A stretch of DNA of 62,808 nt, counting the filler, from Sluysia triapertura (lineage: Eukaryota), in assembly GCA_046118255.1 (NCBI GenBank). It is 5 parts of 5 records of this genome, joined end to end, with 100 filler letters (N's around TTAATTAATTAA, not from the genome) between each part and the next. Parts side by side here need not be neighbours in the genome. Positions count along the whole stretch, not along the records: positions 26,631 to 39,238 come from JBJNIA010094670.1; positions 39,339 to 51,052 come from JBJNIA010177475.1; 3 more parts are not named here. One strand, 5' to 3'. Both the position numbers and the translations under genes were made by a program. Of this stretch, positions 27,325 to 39,823 are shown piece by piece; the stretch's first letter is position 1; each line of letters opens with the position of its first letter. A model generated the notes under the pieces. That model had not been told where the DNA came from. It ran no database searches and saw only the letters and a program-made list of their open reading frames with translations.

Positions 27325-27630
27325 TACATGACTAATTAATTTGTATTTAAGTTTATTTGTTCATAAGTATTGATATCAATAGGTTGACAAGTAATAAAAA
27401 ATTGATATTTAACAAATTAATAAGGTATTGTAATTATATATACATGACTAACTAATTCGTATTCAAATTTATCTAGTTTAGAAGCATCTGTCTCGATAGG
27501 TTGACAAGCAATAATAAATTCACAATTAAGACAAATAAAGTATTAAATTTTTATGTACAAGACTAACTATTTCGTATTCAAAATTATCTCGTTTAAAAGT
27601 ACGGGTATAAATAGGTTGACAAATAATTAT
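27325..27630. repeat. ~116-bp tandem repeat, about 3 diverged units
   Basis: ATAGGTTGACAA recurs near 27380, 27497 and 27611, each preceded by a GACTAA...GTATT block. Confidence 0.75.
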
Positions 27631-28879
27631 AATTTGACATGGTTTTATCTCGAACTAATTTGCAGCTTTCCGTTTTGCCTATGCTGTTGTAAAATAAAAT
27701 ATTTCAACTTGAGTAATAATTGGATATAAGTAACTGGCAAGTTGATTAATCTGATTTACATTAAAATTTAAGGAACCGCAATAGGATATGCTTGATGTAA
27801 TTGAATCTATATGATCTATATGATGTAATTGTCCGTGACACTCGACATTAACATTTTACAAATTAAACTTTAACATTTGACTTACTTGATTAGTCATCTT
27901 CACAACATACTAGATGAGTATTCATATGCAACCGTTGTAGAAATAGCGTTGTTAAATTCTGTAATTTCATCTGGCATAATCTCTTGGATGTGCTGTTAAA
28001 TCATTCCTTAGCATAATTTCTTTTTAATGGTAAAAGTAATAATTTATGTGGCAGCTATTTTTTTATTATTATCACAAATTATGAACTTCATCTTTATTTT
28101 TTTGATCGACTTTCTATGCGTTGAAGTAATTTATTTTAACCTTTAATTTTAATTTTCGTTTGCCATTTTGGCTAATAATATATACATAATTTACTTATTG
28201 ACGTTAATCAGTAAGAAAATTATTAGAAAATTTATTATTATAATTGTTATAATTATTATAATCATTATAAATATAAATTGTCATTGTCATAACGATCTAA
28301 CATAATTTTAGGTTTAGCATCCCAAGAATAAAAACACGGACGAAGACAATAATCCAGTCCGAACATCATATGTGAATTTATGAGATTAATAAGATGTAAC
28401 TTGTAACATATTTGAATTGTTTGATTACATGTATGATAGAGAAATTGGCTCAATAAAAAAGGTGATTATATTGATGTCATTGATGAAAATAAAAGACAGT
28501 ATAAGAAATTGAATTTATCGATTATCTTTTATTGTTTTGATCCAAAATTGGTAAAAAAAATCACAACTCCATATTCGTCAAAAACTGCAGGTGTACCGCC
28601 GTGTCAAATTGTTTGTTTAGCTTTTTCCACGTTTTCCAGTGAGAGGTGAAGTAAGTGGAAAAGATAGGATTTTTTTAAATGTGAATGTGTACCAAGTGTT
28701 TTCTATATTAAACCTTAACTTTAATTTATCCTACACTTACAAAATACCTTAAGGTCATTTTGCCTAACAAGACGCTTTATATCTACAGTAGAAGACAGCT
28801 TGTTAGGATTTCATTTCTGGACGAAATTATAATCAACTTGGTACGGTTTTCCTAGCTCTTCATAAAAGTAATTTCTTTT

Positions 28880-29400
28880 TTAGAAAATGAGGATGAAATA
28901 TTAGTGAAATGGTTTGTTTGGGAATGAGAACCTTAAACATTTTCCATTAAAAAATTGAGTGTGAGGAATTGAAAATTAATTAAAAAGTAAAAACTAAAGT
29001 TAAATTCAATATTTTTAAGTATGTTAATAATAATAATAATATATCAATAATAATAATAATTGTTATTTTAATGTAAGAAATGATTCATGAAAAACTAGAT
29101 CGAGTAGAGTAGAAGAAAAAATGCGAGTTGATTCTTAATCGAATTATTTTGTTTTTCTTGACAGGTCGTACCATGTAAGTGTCATTGTCGTTTTAGTCGG
29201 TTTAATCTTTAAATGATGTTTTGATGATTTGTGTAAGAGTAATTCCTAATTGCGAATGCAGAAATGATTGGATGACAAAAAATGTGTAAATTAGAATACT
29301 TAGGCATTTTTAGACTTTATTTACCGTTGATCACAAACAAGAAGATCCATGCTATTTGTATCTTTTTATTTATATAATTTTGTTTATAATATTAATTTTA
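28880..29400 (-). repeat. internal fragment of the ~2-kb LTR-like family
   Basis: Similar to 44900-45370 (e.g. GTACCATGTAA, AAGAAGATCCATGC). Confidence 0.7.
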
Positions 29401-29904
29401 AATACGAATATTTTATTGTTGCTGATATTAATTTTAATTATTGAATATTGAAGGTTTACAATAACATTAATTTGTGATAATATTAATTTATAATCATATT
29501 AATTTGTAATTTATTTAATCATTTTAGTAGTGCCTAATATTAATTTATAATAACGTTAATTTGTAATTGATCTAATCATTTTTCTTCGTGCCTGATAGAG
29601 ATTTGTAATAATGCGCATTTGTAGTTGATTTTTTTGTTTAATCAGTAAATTATTTTGTCATTGCTTTAATTTGATTTTCCTTTTTTAATAAAAAATTAGT
29701 TTGGGGAAAATAATTATTATTATTTAAGAAGAAATAAAATTGTTTATAATTGATATTTGATATAGTGAGTACATAAACTTTTTTGTTAATTAAATTAATA
29801 TCTATTTAACTTAAATAATATTTTGAAGGACTCCCAACAAAATTAGCGTCGTGGCTGCCTCGACAGAGAACTGAAACGTAAAAATTGCAATGTCGGAGCT
29901 GCCC

Positions 29905-29928
29905 TGACAGTATACCGCAAAGGGTTAA
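29905..29928 (-). mobile_element. piggyBac-like terminal inverted repeat (single end)
   Basis: Minus strand TTAA|CCCTTTGCGGTATACTGTC. Confidence 0.45.
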
Positions 29929-30637
29929 AGGGATGAATATGTGAGTAACTTTTACTTTAAACTTTTAAGATTATATTGTACACTATGATGTTAGGCTTGT
30001 ACAATTAAGGGCCAACTCATAGGTGTCAACATAAGAATAAGGTTTCTAGTATTTGGAGGTCAATAAAGTCAATGCTACAATTGTAATAATTCAATTCCGC
30101 TCTATGGCGAGGTTAATTTTCTTAAAGTTTATATAAGATCTCAAATGATCTGGTATAAATTTATTGAATTAAATGGTCGATTCGATTAGAAATTATTATG
30201 ATTCGTATATTTTAAAAATGTATTATAACTATATAATTTGACTGGTATTCGTAAGATTGTTAAATAATAAAATGAATAATGACATGAAAGAAAAGGAATG
30301 AAAATTCAAAAATGTATTAATAGACAAAACAATAATTTTACTAATAAAAGTAATTCAAAAAAATTTAATATAATTACAACAGTGAAATTATATTATATCA
30401 GCGAATATAAGATTTTTTGGAGGCTTATAAAAAGAATGTTATTGATCTAGCTGAAAGAGCTAATGCGATGATGTCACGATATGTTTTTTTGTCTTCTTGC
30501 AATGACAATTTATAACTATATAATTTACATCAGATCTCCGAAGAGTAAATTTCGATTTTATTATTAAAATGTCGTTAATGGTTGATGATTTTAAATATAT
30601 TTTATACTATGTAATTTTATAACTGACATATAAGATA

Positions 30638-30797
30638 TGTTGGGGTAAAAGGCCTAAAAAGTGCCAAGTAGTATAATTGAATATATTGAAAATGAAAAAG
30701 TTAGACGGGGCTGATAGCTCAGTGGTAGAGTAGTCGGACTGCGCAGACGATGGTCCCGGGTTCGATCCCCGGTCAGTCCATTTTATGAAGTCTAACA
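30638..30797 (+). mobile_element. ~160-bp tRNA-cassette element, copy 2, TSD GATA
   Basis: GATA|TGTTGGGG...GTCTAACA|GATA. Confidence 0.9.
30708..30780 (+). tRNA. tRNA-Ala-derived pseudo-tRNA inside mobile element
   Basis: A box TAGCTCAGTGG, B box GGTTCGATCC, G3:U70, A73, TTTT terminator; anticodon arm disrupted. Confidence 0.7.
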
Positions 30798-32400
30798 GAT
30801 ATGAGGATTTTATAACTGTCGCATGTGAGGAACAATTTATAAAAATTACAAAAATTTATATTAACAAAATTTTAAATACCGAATCAATGAATATGATAAT
30901 ATATTATACAGTTTACAAAAAATTATACTAAAAGTAATAATTTTTGTTAAGTTATTTTATGAAGATATTTTTCTTCAACACATTAAACGGTTGAATGAAT
31001 AATAAAATAAAATGAATAATTTAAGTAGATTTTACAACTAATAAAATTAGTTACATTAACAGAAAATTGACTAACGTAATATTTCAAATATATCGATAAA
31101 TTCGTAGAATTTTGTGTTGAATATTTGATCGAGAAGAAATGAAATTGTTTATCAGGAGCCTTGTCCAAAATTAAACGTATATGTGTAACAATTAATTGCG
31201 AAGAAATGCAACTTTTTATCAAGAACTTGTCCAGACATATATGTATAGAATTAAATGTTTTTGTTGTGAAACCTATGTTCTTTTACATTCTTTTTGTGGC
31301 CTTAATTTATTAAAGCAAAATTATTTAGTCAATTTTTATTTATTTTATAAAAACATAAATTTATTATAAAATATAAAAATATAATTAATTAGTCACATAA
31401 ATATTATCCAAATAAATATTATATTATCCAAATACAAATAAATTAAGTTAATGTACTAATGCATAAAATTAACATATTATTGATTATAAAAACATCTATA
31501 CAAAATTATAAAAATATGTGTGCCGTACAAAACTATTGATTTTAAGCTGCTACACAAAATTAGTAATACAAAATTAGTGACATGACATTTTAATATAATT
31601 TTTCCAACTCACAATAGTTAGTATTAAAACAAAAATGAATTTTATCAATAAGCAGTATTATAACTCTTTTAATATTATTGCTTCAATTTCACAATAATTA
31701 GTATTAATATATTAAAAGCAGATTTTATATTTGTAATTAAATGTTACTAATAATTAGACAAAATTGTTAGTGTATTTTAAAACAAAATTTTATTTTAAAA
31801 TTTTCTTATAAGTCTATAAACTTATGTATTATTTAATTTTTTTAAACTTTATAACTTTAATTTGTACTGAACTAGTACAGTAGATATAAACATAATAATT
31901 TTATTAGTGATAATAATGATACTTTTAGTAATTTAATTTTATAAATTTTCTACAATAATATTAATATTAATAATAACAGTAATTAATACTTTTTAAGCAT
32001 AATAATAATATAATAGTATCAATACTAATACTAATAATAATATTAATATAATAATAATAAGAATAATAATAATAATAAAATAAGAAATGTTTTATTGAAT
32101 TTATCTTTTATATGTAAAAATTTCAATAATTAAACTAAACTAATTAAATATTACATAAAGATTTCCTTACATACATAAAGATTAAGTTACATAACAAATA
32201 TAGCAAAGAAATAACAATTTGTAGGAATCACGAGATTTAAGTACAAGTGAATTTACTTATTTAAAGATTGAAATTTTTAAATAATTCATATATTTCTACT
32301 AGGGCATTACTAGTGATTTTATGATGGTATTTTAAGTGCTTGTTTAAAATAATTAGATAAATATTTTAAGCTATATTTAAGTTCTTTAATGAAATTCTAC

Positions 32401-33893
32401 TGTTGCGTCTATAATATTTATTAAAACCAAAATATTAATTTAAATTACTATCAACTCAATCATTTAGTATTTACAGAATCAAGTACAATTTAACAATAAT
32501 ACAAATGAATTAAATAAAAATGACTAAATCTCAAAATTAACAGTAATTTTTTGACACGATAACATATTCCAAGAAACCAGAGGTGGCGCAATTAACATAA
32601 TAAAATTGGTCATTCATATTAACACTTAACAAATATAGTTTTTTTAAATAAATAGCAATTTTCATTAGTCAAATCACAATATATCATCCAATATAATAAA
32701 ATAAAAATTATAATTCACTAATTTTTCTATACTAAATAAAATTTATTAACTACAAACCGACTTTATTTGTCAATTAATCAAGAAACAAAATGTTTAGCAC
32801 AGCTGTAAATAATTAAAGAGGAATTTTGCCATAAAAAATAATTTATTTAAAATCAAAATAATAAAATAAAATAAATTCAGAGTTTTACCCAATACATGGA
32901 TCTTCACATCAGCAGCATTAAAGTCTTATTACTTGTTGTGTTGTTTTTAAAATTATTTGATGTTCCCTTTTATAATTTCCTGAATATTTTGATCAAACAT
33001 TCTCTCACAAAAATCATCACAACATTCTTTGATAATTACAATCCGACAATAATAATTTTGACAGTTACATGGTACAGATGCAGAATAGAAAAAACTGATT
33101 TATGATCATCTATTGTTTCCTTTTACTTTACTCGACCTATTTTTACTTAAATTACTTCTCACATTATAAATAACAATCACCAGTATTGTTAACATGCGTA
33201 AAAATAATGAAATTAATTTTAGTTTTTAGAATTTAATTGACTTTCTAATGGAAAATATTTAAGGTCCTCATTCTCAAATAAACGGCTTATCCACATTCAA
33301 TTCATTATCTTTTCATCATTAAAAATTCAACATTCCATAATTAAAAGTTTGACTTTCCTTAATAATAAGGCTTTCCTTTAACGTACTCCGCCATATCACA
33401 CCTTTATCGAAAGATCTCTTCAAAATAAATACACAGAGCATTCCGCATTTAAACATAATTCACAACTTTATCTTAATTAAGATCAATCTATATTTAATTA
33501 ATTAACTTATTTTTAGACAATCTTATTTTATGTTTAGAGGTTTTATTAAGATTTTGATATTATTTAGTACTTTATTAGGCATTCGGAAGGAACTAGATGC
33601 TTTCACCTTCATCACATTGATTCCTTTTTCTACTTCTTTTTGTTAATTACTGCCATAATATTAACAACAGTGATTTTATTTATCAAATATTTTAATGATC
33701 CCAACTACTTTTTAATGTTACTCAAGTCTTAAATGCTTAATGAGGTCTCAAAGATTCTTAAAAATTAATAAGATGATTAATACAAGTTAGAGGTTAACAT
33801 AAGTTCAAAGGTGTCCTAATGCCTTTAAAGTCTTTTCAGGTTCATCTCAAACTTTAAAGATGTTTTCGTAACTCCAAGGTATACTTAAGATAT
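32401..33893 (+). mobile_element. older relative of the ~2-kb LTR-like family, target of the 33894 insertion
   Basis: Begins TGTTGCGTCT; shares internal blocks (CATGGATCTTC, ACATGGTAC, TTTCACCTTCA, GAT(T)CCTTTTTCTACTTC); 3' end not resolved. Confidence 0.65.
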
Positions 33894-35635
33894 TGTTGCG
33901 TCTTTAAAATTACTGACTATTACGACTCAATATAAACTTGGTTAGCTTAGAGGAACCTTAATAATTTAAATAGTCAATATATCAAATATATTTTTGCAAT
34001 AATCTTCTCTTATAATATCAATAACTATTATTTCCAAATTTAAGTACTTGATAATCAAAATCAAAACTAAGTCAATAATGTACTATTAAACAAAAATTAG
34101 TAATACAGTTTATTATTACTAATTAGTAATACAATTTAGTGAAAATTTTCACTAAATGCTGAGAATCACTAAAATGACAAAAATGACAAAAATGACAATA
34201 ATGTTTATAATAAAATTAAAGACACTACAATCTAATTAAAACAAAACAACTAGTAGTGACGCAACAACCAAAAATATGGATATCCAGAAAGTTTAAAATA
34301 GTAATGATAATTAGAAATAATTTAAAAATAAATTGGGCAGAGTGTCTCCCTCTAAAATTATCTTTTATTTAGCTGAAAATCAAATATTTAATTCAACCTA
34401 TCAACCTACATTAAAAACAACTTAAATTAATTGAAAATAATATAATATTAAAAATATCCAAATTAAAATAAAATTAGTTATTTATATTATTTTAATGAAA
34501 TAATAAATAAACAAAAATTACAAAATTTACCCTATGCATGGATCATCTATCATCACTGTTGAAATCGTAGTTGTTGCATTATTGTATTATTATTGTTTTG
34601 TAAAAATTTTGAAATCTTTATTTTATACTCTCTCACCATCCGATCAATTCAAAATCTCACAACCAAACATTCTCTCACACAAATCATTCATACCTCTTTG
34701 AGAATCAGACCGACAATAACAATTTTGACAACTACATGGTACGGTCTATCAAACTTTATTTATTAAGTACAATACATAGAAATCTGATTTATTATCAACC
34801 ATCATTTCCTTTTACTCTACTCAATCTATTACTTCTCACATTAAAATAACAATCAGCAATATTATTAACATACATAAAAATAATGAATTTAATTTCACTT
34901 ACTATTATTTAATTAATGTTCTATTTTTCAAACCCAATTTTCTAATGAAAAATGTTTTAAGGTTTTTATTCTCAAACGAACAATTTTACAAACATTTCGA
35001 GTCCTTTATCATAGCAATAATCTCATCTAAGTATTAAAAATTTAAGATTTCATAATTAAAAATTAATTAAGATTTGACTTTGCTCAATATTAATTCTTTT
35101 CTTGCATGAACTCAGTCAAACCATACCTTAATCGAAAGGTCTTTTCAAAGCAAATACATACACAGTTTCAAATTTAAAATAGCATTCCGAATTCAAAAAC
35201 GTACTTTTTCTTAATTAAGTTAATTATGATTCTTAATTAATTAATCTATTTTTATACTTAACCTTATTTTATGTTTAAAGGGTTTATTGAGGTTCTAAAG
35301 TTTTTTTAGTAGTTTATAAGACATTCAGGAGGTTCTAGCTGATTCCTTTTCCTACTTCTTCATGTTAATTATTACTATACTAGATTTATTCTTAATACCA
35401 ATAACAATGATTTTATTTCTCAACAACTTCAATGATTTTAAACATTTTATAAGATTACTAAAGGAACTTAAATATTCATCGATGTTCCAAAATACTTAAA
35501 GGTTACTAAGGTCTTAAATGATCTAAAATTTCTAAAGTTCGGAGGTACCTTAATGCTTCTAAAAGTTTTTCAAGTCCATCTCAGGCTTCCATAAAATCTC
35601 AAACCCTTACATAGGTCTTTGGAACTCCAAGGTAT

Positions 35636-35796
35636 TGTTGGGGTAAAAAGGCCTAAAAGGTGCCAATTAGTATAATTGAATATATTAAAAATGAAATTGT
35701 TAGACGGGGCTGATAGCTCAGTGGTAGAGCAGTCGGACTGCGCAGACGATGGTCCCGGGTTCGATCCCCGGTCAGTCCATTTTACGAAGTCTAACA
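35636..35796 (+). mobile_element. ~160-bp tRNA-cassette element, copy 3, TSD GTAT
   Basis: GTAT|TGTTGGGG...GTCTAACA|GTAT; sister LTR copies (~25233, ~33878) show a single GTAT at the empty site. Confidence 0.92.
35707..35779 (+). tRNA. tRNA-Ala-derived pseudo-tRNA inside mobile element
   Basis: Intact acceptor, D and T arms; G3:U70; anticodon arm unpaired. Confidence 0.7.
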
Positions 35797-36879
35797 GTAT
35801 TCTTTAATTGTTAACATTATTATAGATGTTTTTATTTTAATGATTCAAATTTCTACAATGTTTATAATGTTCAATCCATCAATTTGTATCAGTTTTCTTT
35901 TCATTTTATAACTCCATAGGTTTCTCCCTCATTTCCTGACATATACTTGTGAATCCCAACAATATGCGTAAGAAAATAATTACTTTATTATTATGATGTT
36001 ATATCTTATACTGATGTCTGAATGATTAAATTTCACTTAGGAATTTAGGTTTGATTTTAACTTCCTGCCCTCTTATTATTGAGGTTTAATTATTGTTGAT
36101 TTTATAATATATTTAAACAGGATCCTAAAAATGATTTCACCACCACATTTAAACAGGTGTGAAAACAGTTTTACAAAGACGACTTATTTTTCGCATTTAA
36201 AACTATAATTTATTTTTTATATTGTAGATATCAGTAAAGGGGGTTTCAAAATGGTACCGGTATTTAAATCTGTTTAGGTAGTTTTGCGTTATGTAAAGAG
36301 AAGTGGTTTGGAAAATCGTTATTTATATTCAATAAGTATGTAATGACTAATATTGTGCTATTGTGTGAATTAATATTGATTTTTATGAACATTAATTGAT
36401 TTTTATAAACATACATTTATTAATGATATTATTAACAATTATGATTAACACATATACATTTGAATTAATATTGATTTTTATGAAAATACATATATTTATT
36501 AATATTGATTTTTCTTTATATCGAGTTAATTTGATTTGTATTATTTAATTTAATTTTTTGGAAATATTTTTGGAATTAATCAATTATTCTTAAGGTAATT
36601 ATTTCTTTTAAAATTAGTATTAAAATTTAAAATTAGCATTAAAATTTAAGATTATTATAAATTATTTTGTAAATTATTTTAAAATCTAAAATTATATATA
36701 TTTCTCAAATAAATATTAGTTTTGTTTTAGTCTGACCAATGTCAGACTACAATAAGTATAAATAAGCGAAATTTTAGTCACAACCTCCATAATTTTTTTG
36801 ACTCGAATAGAATTAGTAACCGAGCTCCTTTTCTTCGACGGAAAGTGTAATTAACACACTATTTAGAATATCATCTTTT

Positions 36880-37426
36880 ATTGTACAGTTAGTTTATTTT
36901 TTATAAGGTTGGATATCAACTGATATCATACGTAAAATCTTTTTACAGTTATATTTTCGAATCTTATAACAGATTCAAAGTAAAATCCAATTTAAAATTT
37001 GACAAGCTAAAAGATTTGCTTTTGATTATTATTTCACGTAACCTCTATATATATTTAAATATAATTATAATTTTGTACATTTTTAATAATATACTTTATG
37101 AATTTAAATTTTTCTTTATTATTAAGCCAAATCTAACTTTTATAGTTATAAAATAAATTAAAATCCACATAATATTCAAAGAATTTTTGGTTAGAATATA
37201 ATTCTAACACCGTAACATAATTATTCTGATCCTATTTCACAGGATCCAAAGTAAAATCATATTTAAAACTTTTAAATAACTTATAATTATTAAATTAATA
37301 CAATAGTTGAATCAGTTAGCCTATAGTTAAGGCATCTAACAAGTTTTCTTAACCTCCATTACTTTTACCTTACCAAATCCAACGGCTGGCCCTCCCTGGT
37401 AAGTCCAGTGCGTTGGTGAACTCACA
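36880..37426 (+). repeat. dispersed repeat with three hairpin+GTAAAAT units and terminal stem-loop, copy 2
   Basis: Homologous to 14420-14980; left boundary uncertain. Confidence 0.7.
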
Positions 37427-37909
37427 GCTTTAAATTAATCTTTATTCTAACTTTCTCACAAGTATATGAACAAAGAACGTTGATATTAAATATATAAAAT
37501 AATGTTATGAATTAAAGTAAATTAAGTTTAAATTATAGAGTCAATTTATTGATCTAAAGATCTTTGAGAATTTTAATGATAAATTTAAGTTGAATGTTAT
37601 ATGTAGCGAAAATTTAAAATTATAAACAACTAACATTTAATTACAAATTATTATTTACGAAATCTTTCAGTTTATATAATAGTGATTTGTTTTATATCGA
37701 TTCAATTTCCCATAGCTGTGTGACTGAAGGTTGTTAGTATTTGATCGAACTAATGTTTTAAATCAATGAGATTGAAAATAATGTAAATAAAATAAAATAG
37801 TCCCTTGAATTAATATTGTTATTGTAAATGAGATTACGAGCTTATTTATATATTGTTGTCAAGTATTACTCCATTTTAATTGTGTTCTTTAATCTTTAAG
37901 TGAACGTAC

Positions 37910-38064
37910 TGTTAGAATTCATAAAATAGACTGACCGGGGATCGAACCCTGAACCTCTCGTTGCGATGTTTGATGCTCTATCCACTGAGCTATTGGCCCC
38001 TTCTAACGGATTTTAGATTATATTCAATTATATTAAATGGCATCTTAGGCCTGTACCCCCAACA
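37910..38064 (-). mobile_element. ~155-bp tRNA-cassette element, diverged copy 4, TSD GTAC
   Basis: GTAC|TGTTAGAA...CCCCAACA|GTAC. Confidence 0.88.
37927..37999 (-). tRNA. tRNA-Ala(CGC)-derived pseudo-tRNA, diverged
   Basis: A and B boxes retained, TCGCA in the loop region, acceptor stem degraded. Confidence 0.55.
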
Positions 38065-38691
38065 GTACCAGTAGTTTAAAGTTTTTTTGTATAAGATTCT
38101 ATTTCAAATGAAATCGTTTAACAATAAAATTTACTAATTATTCGACAAATTTAAGTGATTTCAAGTCTACACGTAACTTTATAATTTCAGCAAAAATAAA
38201 ATTATTTGAGAACTTAGAATTGGATCAACAAACTACCTCACTATTTTTATTTTTCTGCCAGTAGTAACTCATTACAATTCATTCACTTATGATATGTAAT
38301 GCTTAAAAATCTTTTGTTCTCTTAAATATTAATTACAAACTTTCTTTTAAAAAACTAGTAATTCTGCCTCATGTGCAGGTAGAAAATACACAAATTAAAG
38401 TATCTATTTTAAAACTTTAATCGAAAAATATATTGTTTTTGAATAATCTATTGTTTTACAATATTACAATTCTTGCTTATTAATAAGATTGTGGAGAAAA
38501 ATTCCTCAATTTGACAGACTATCAGTAATAAACTTATAACCCATAGAAAAATTAAATTACCATTTTAATTAAGAATCTTAATTCATGTGGTATTACTTAT
38601 GTCAATAGAATAATTATTTTTTCAGGTTTAAAGATCAATGTAACGACAAAAAATAGAACGTTAGTAGTATAAACAAAAGTAAATATGTATT

Positions 38692-39238
38692 TTATTCATT
38701 TTCATTAAAATTTCCAATAACTTCTTCATAAATAATACAACCTGGTAGTAAACGATAATCGTTGAGAATTCGTAAGTCATTACTTTGAGGTGGTTTATAT
38801 ACAATTCCATTCTTTTCATAAGCAAAAGGAAATCTTAAAACCCATAAACGACCAGGTTCTAACTCAATTCTTTCATTCAATACATCACCAGGACTAAATA
38901 TTGGTACTTGAGATTTTTCCTTGCTACTTGTATCAATATCACTGTTGCTTGCATCGCCAGGTTGTACTCTTGGTTGTAAAAATATACGTAACAAACCATT
39001 ATTGTGAGGCGTAGCAATATATAAACGAGCTAATTGAGCTAGATAATGACTACATTGACATGGAAAATACAATGAAATTGGTCGAGTAAGAAGATCTGCT
39101 ACAGCTTCTTTCACTTGTTGTGCTCCCATACTACCAGTCATCATATGTTCAGGACCAGCCATAAAAAAGCGATGACCAACTGGACATTCCATTTCATAAC
39201 CAAAAAATGCTTTCAGAAAATTACCAGCAGCAAATGCT
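38692..39238 (-). CDS. SMG8: nonsense-mediated decay factor SMG8, C-terminal exon
   Basis: FGYEMECPVGHRFFMAGPE...LYFPC...AQLARLYIATP...QPRVQPG...LWVLRFPFAY matches the SMG8 C-terminus; runs into the gap. Confidence 0.92.
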
Positions 39239-39338
39239 NNNNNNNNNNNNNNNNNNNNNNNNNNNNNNNNNNNNNNNNNNNNTTAATTAATTAANNNNNN
39301 NNNNNNNNNNNNNNNNNNNNNNNNNNNNNNNNNNNNNN
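39239..39338. other. artificial contig linker
   Basis: N-TTAATTAATTAA-N, 100 bp. Confidence 0.97.
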
Positions 39339-39520
39339 TCTGTTCACGTAATTGGTTTAATAATTCTACAAAGATTTTCATACCGTCTTATTGTTGGTTT
39401 TTCTGTATTTTATTTATTTGGTTTATTATTTTTAATGCAAATACCATTTGTCGGATTTCAGTCTATCAAAACTAATGAACACATGTCAGCAGCTTGTGCA
39501 TTTGTTATTTTGCAAGGTTA
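39339..39520 (+). CDS. STT3: oligosaccharyltransferase STT3 exon or captured fragment
   Basis: VHVIGLIILQRFSYRLIVGFSVFYLFGLLFLMQIPFVGFQSIKTNEHMSAACAFVILQ matches STT3 LHVFVLLLMQRYS...MQIPFVGFQPIRTSEHMAA. Confidence 0.85.
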
Positions 39521-39659
39521 TTATGTTTACACTATATTCAATAAAAGTATAAATAAAGTGCTATCCTGGGAAACATTTTACATTTTATCAATATTTATTA
39601 TAATTGATCCTGTTATTTTATTACATTTTTCCGGTTAACAAATCTTTATTTATTAAATT

Positions 39660-39823
39660 TATTAATTGTTTCGGGCTTTAAGCCCATGTTTGTAAATGAA
39701 AATAAAATTAATTTAAATCGTTTTAAGTTAATTGTAATTTGTTTATTTAAAGTAATATTTCATAATAACAAAAATAGTATTAATTCCGAATTTCATGAAC
39801 TAAAATATATGTGGCCCTCCACA
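39660..39823 (+). repeat. right-end module of the gene-capturing element family
   Basis: GGGCTTTAAGCCC near-palindrome about 140 bp before GTGGCCCTCCACA, as at 21123-21265. Confidence 0.6.

Larger units (their letters stand above)
33894..35961 (+). mobile_element. ~2-kb solo-LTR-like element, TSD ATAT
   Basis: ATAT|TGTTGCGTC...AATCCCAACA|ATAT; 5-bp terminal inverted repeat TGTTG/CAACA; no coding capacity. Confidence 0.9.

Noticed and set aside
27325-27630. CRISPR-like repeat-spacer array
   Set aside because: The intervening sequences are homologous to each other (ordinary diverged tandem repeat), only three units, eukaryotic context, no cas genes.
28300-28500. Bub1/Mad3 TPR-like fragment (FELFDYMYDREIG)
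   Set aside because: Too short and surrounded by stops to support.
30708-30780. Functional tRNA-Arg(GCG) or tRNA-Cys gene
   Set aside because: Anticodon stem does not pair and varies among copies; acceptor identity is Ala; all copies lie in a TSD-flanked element.
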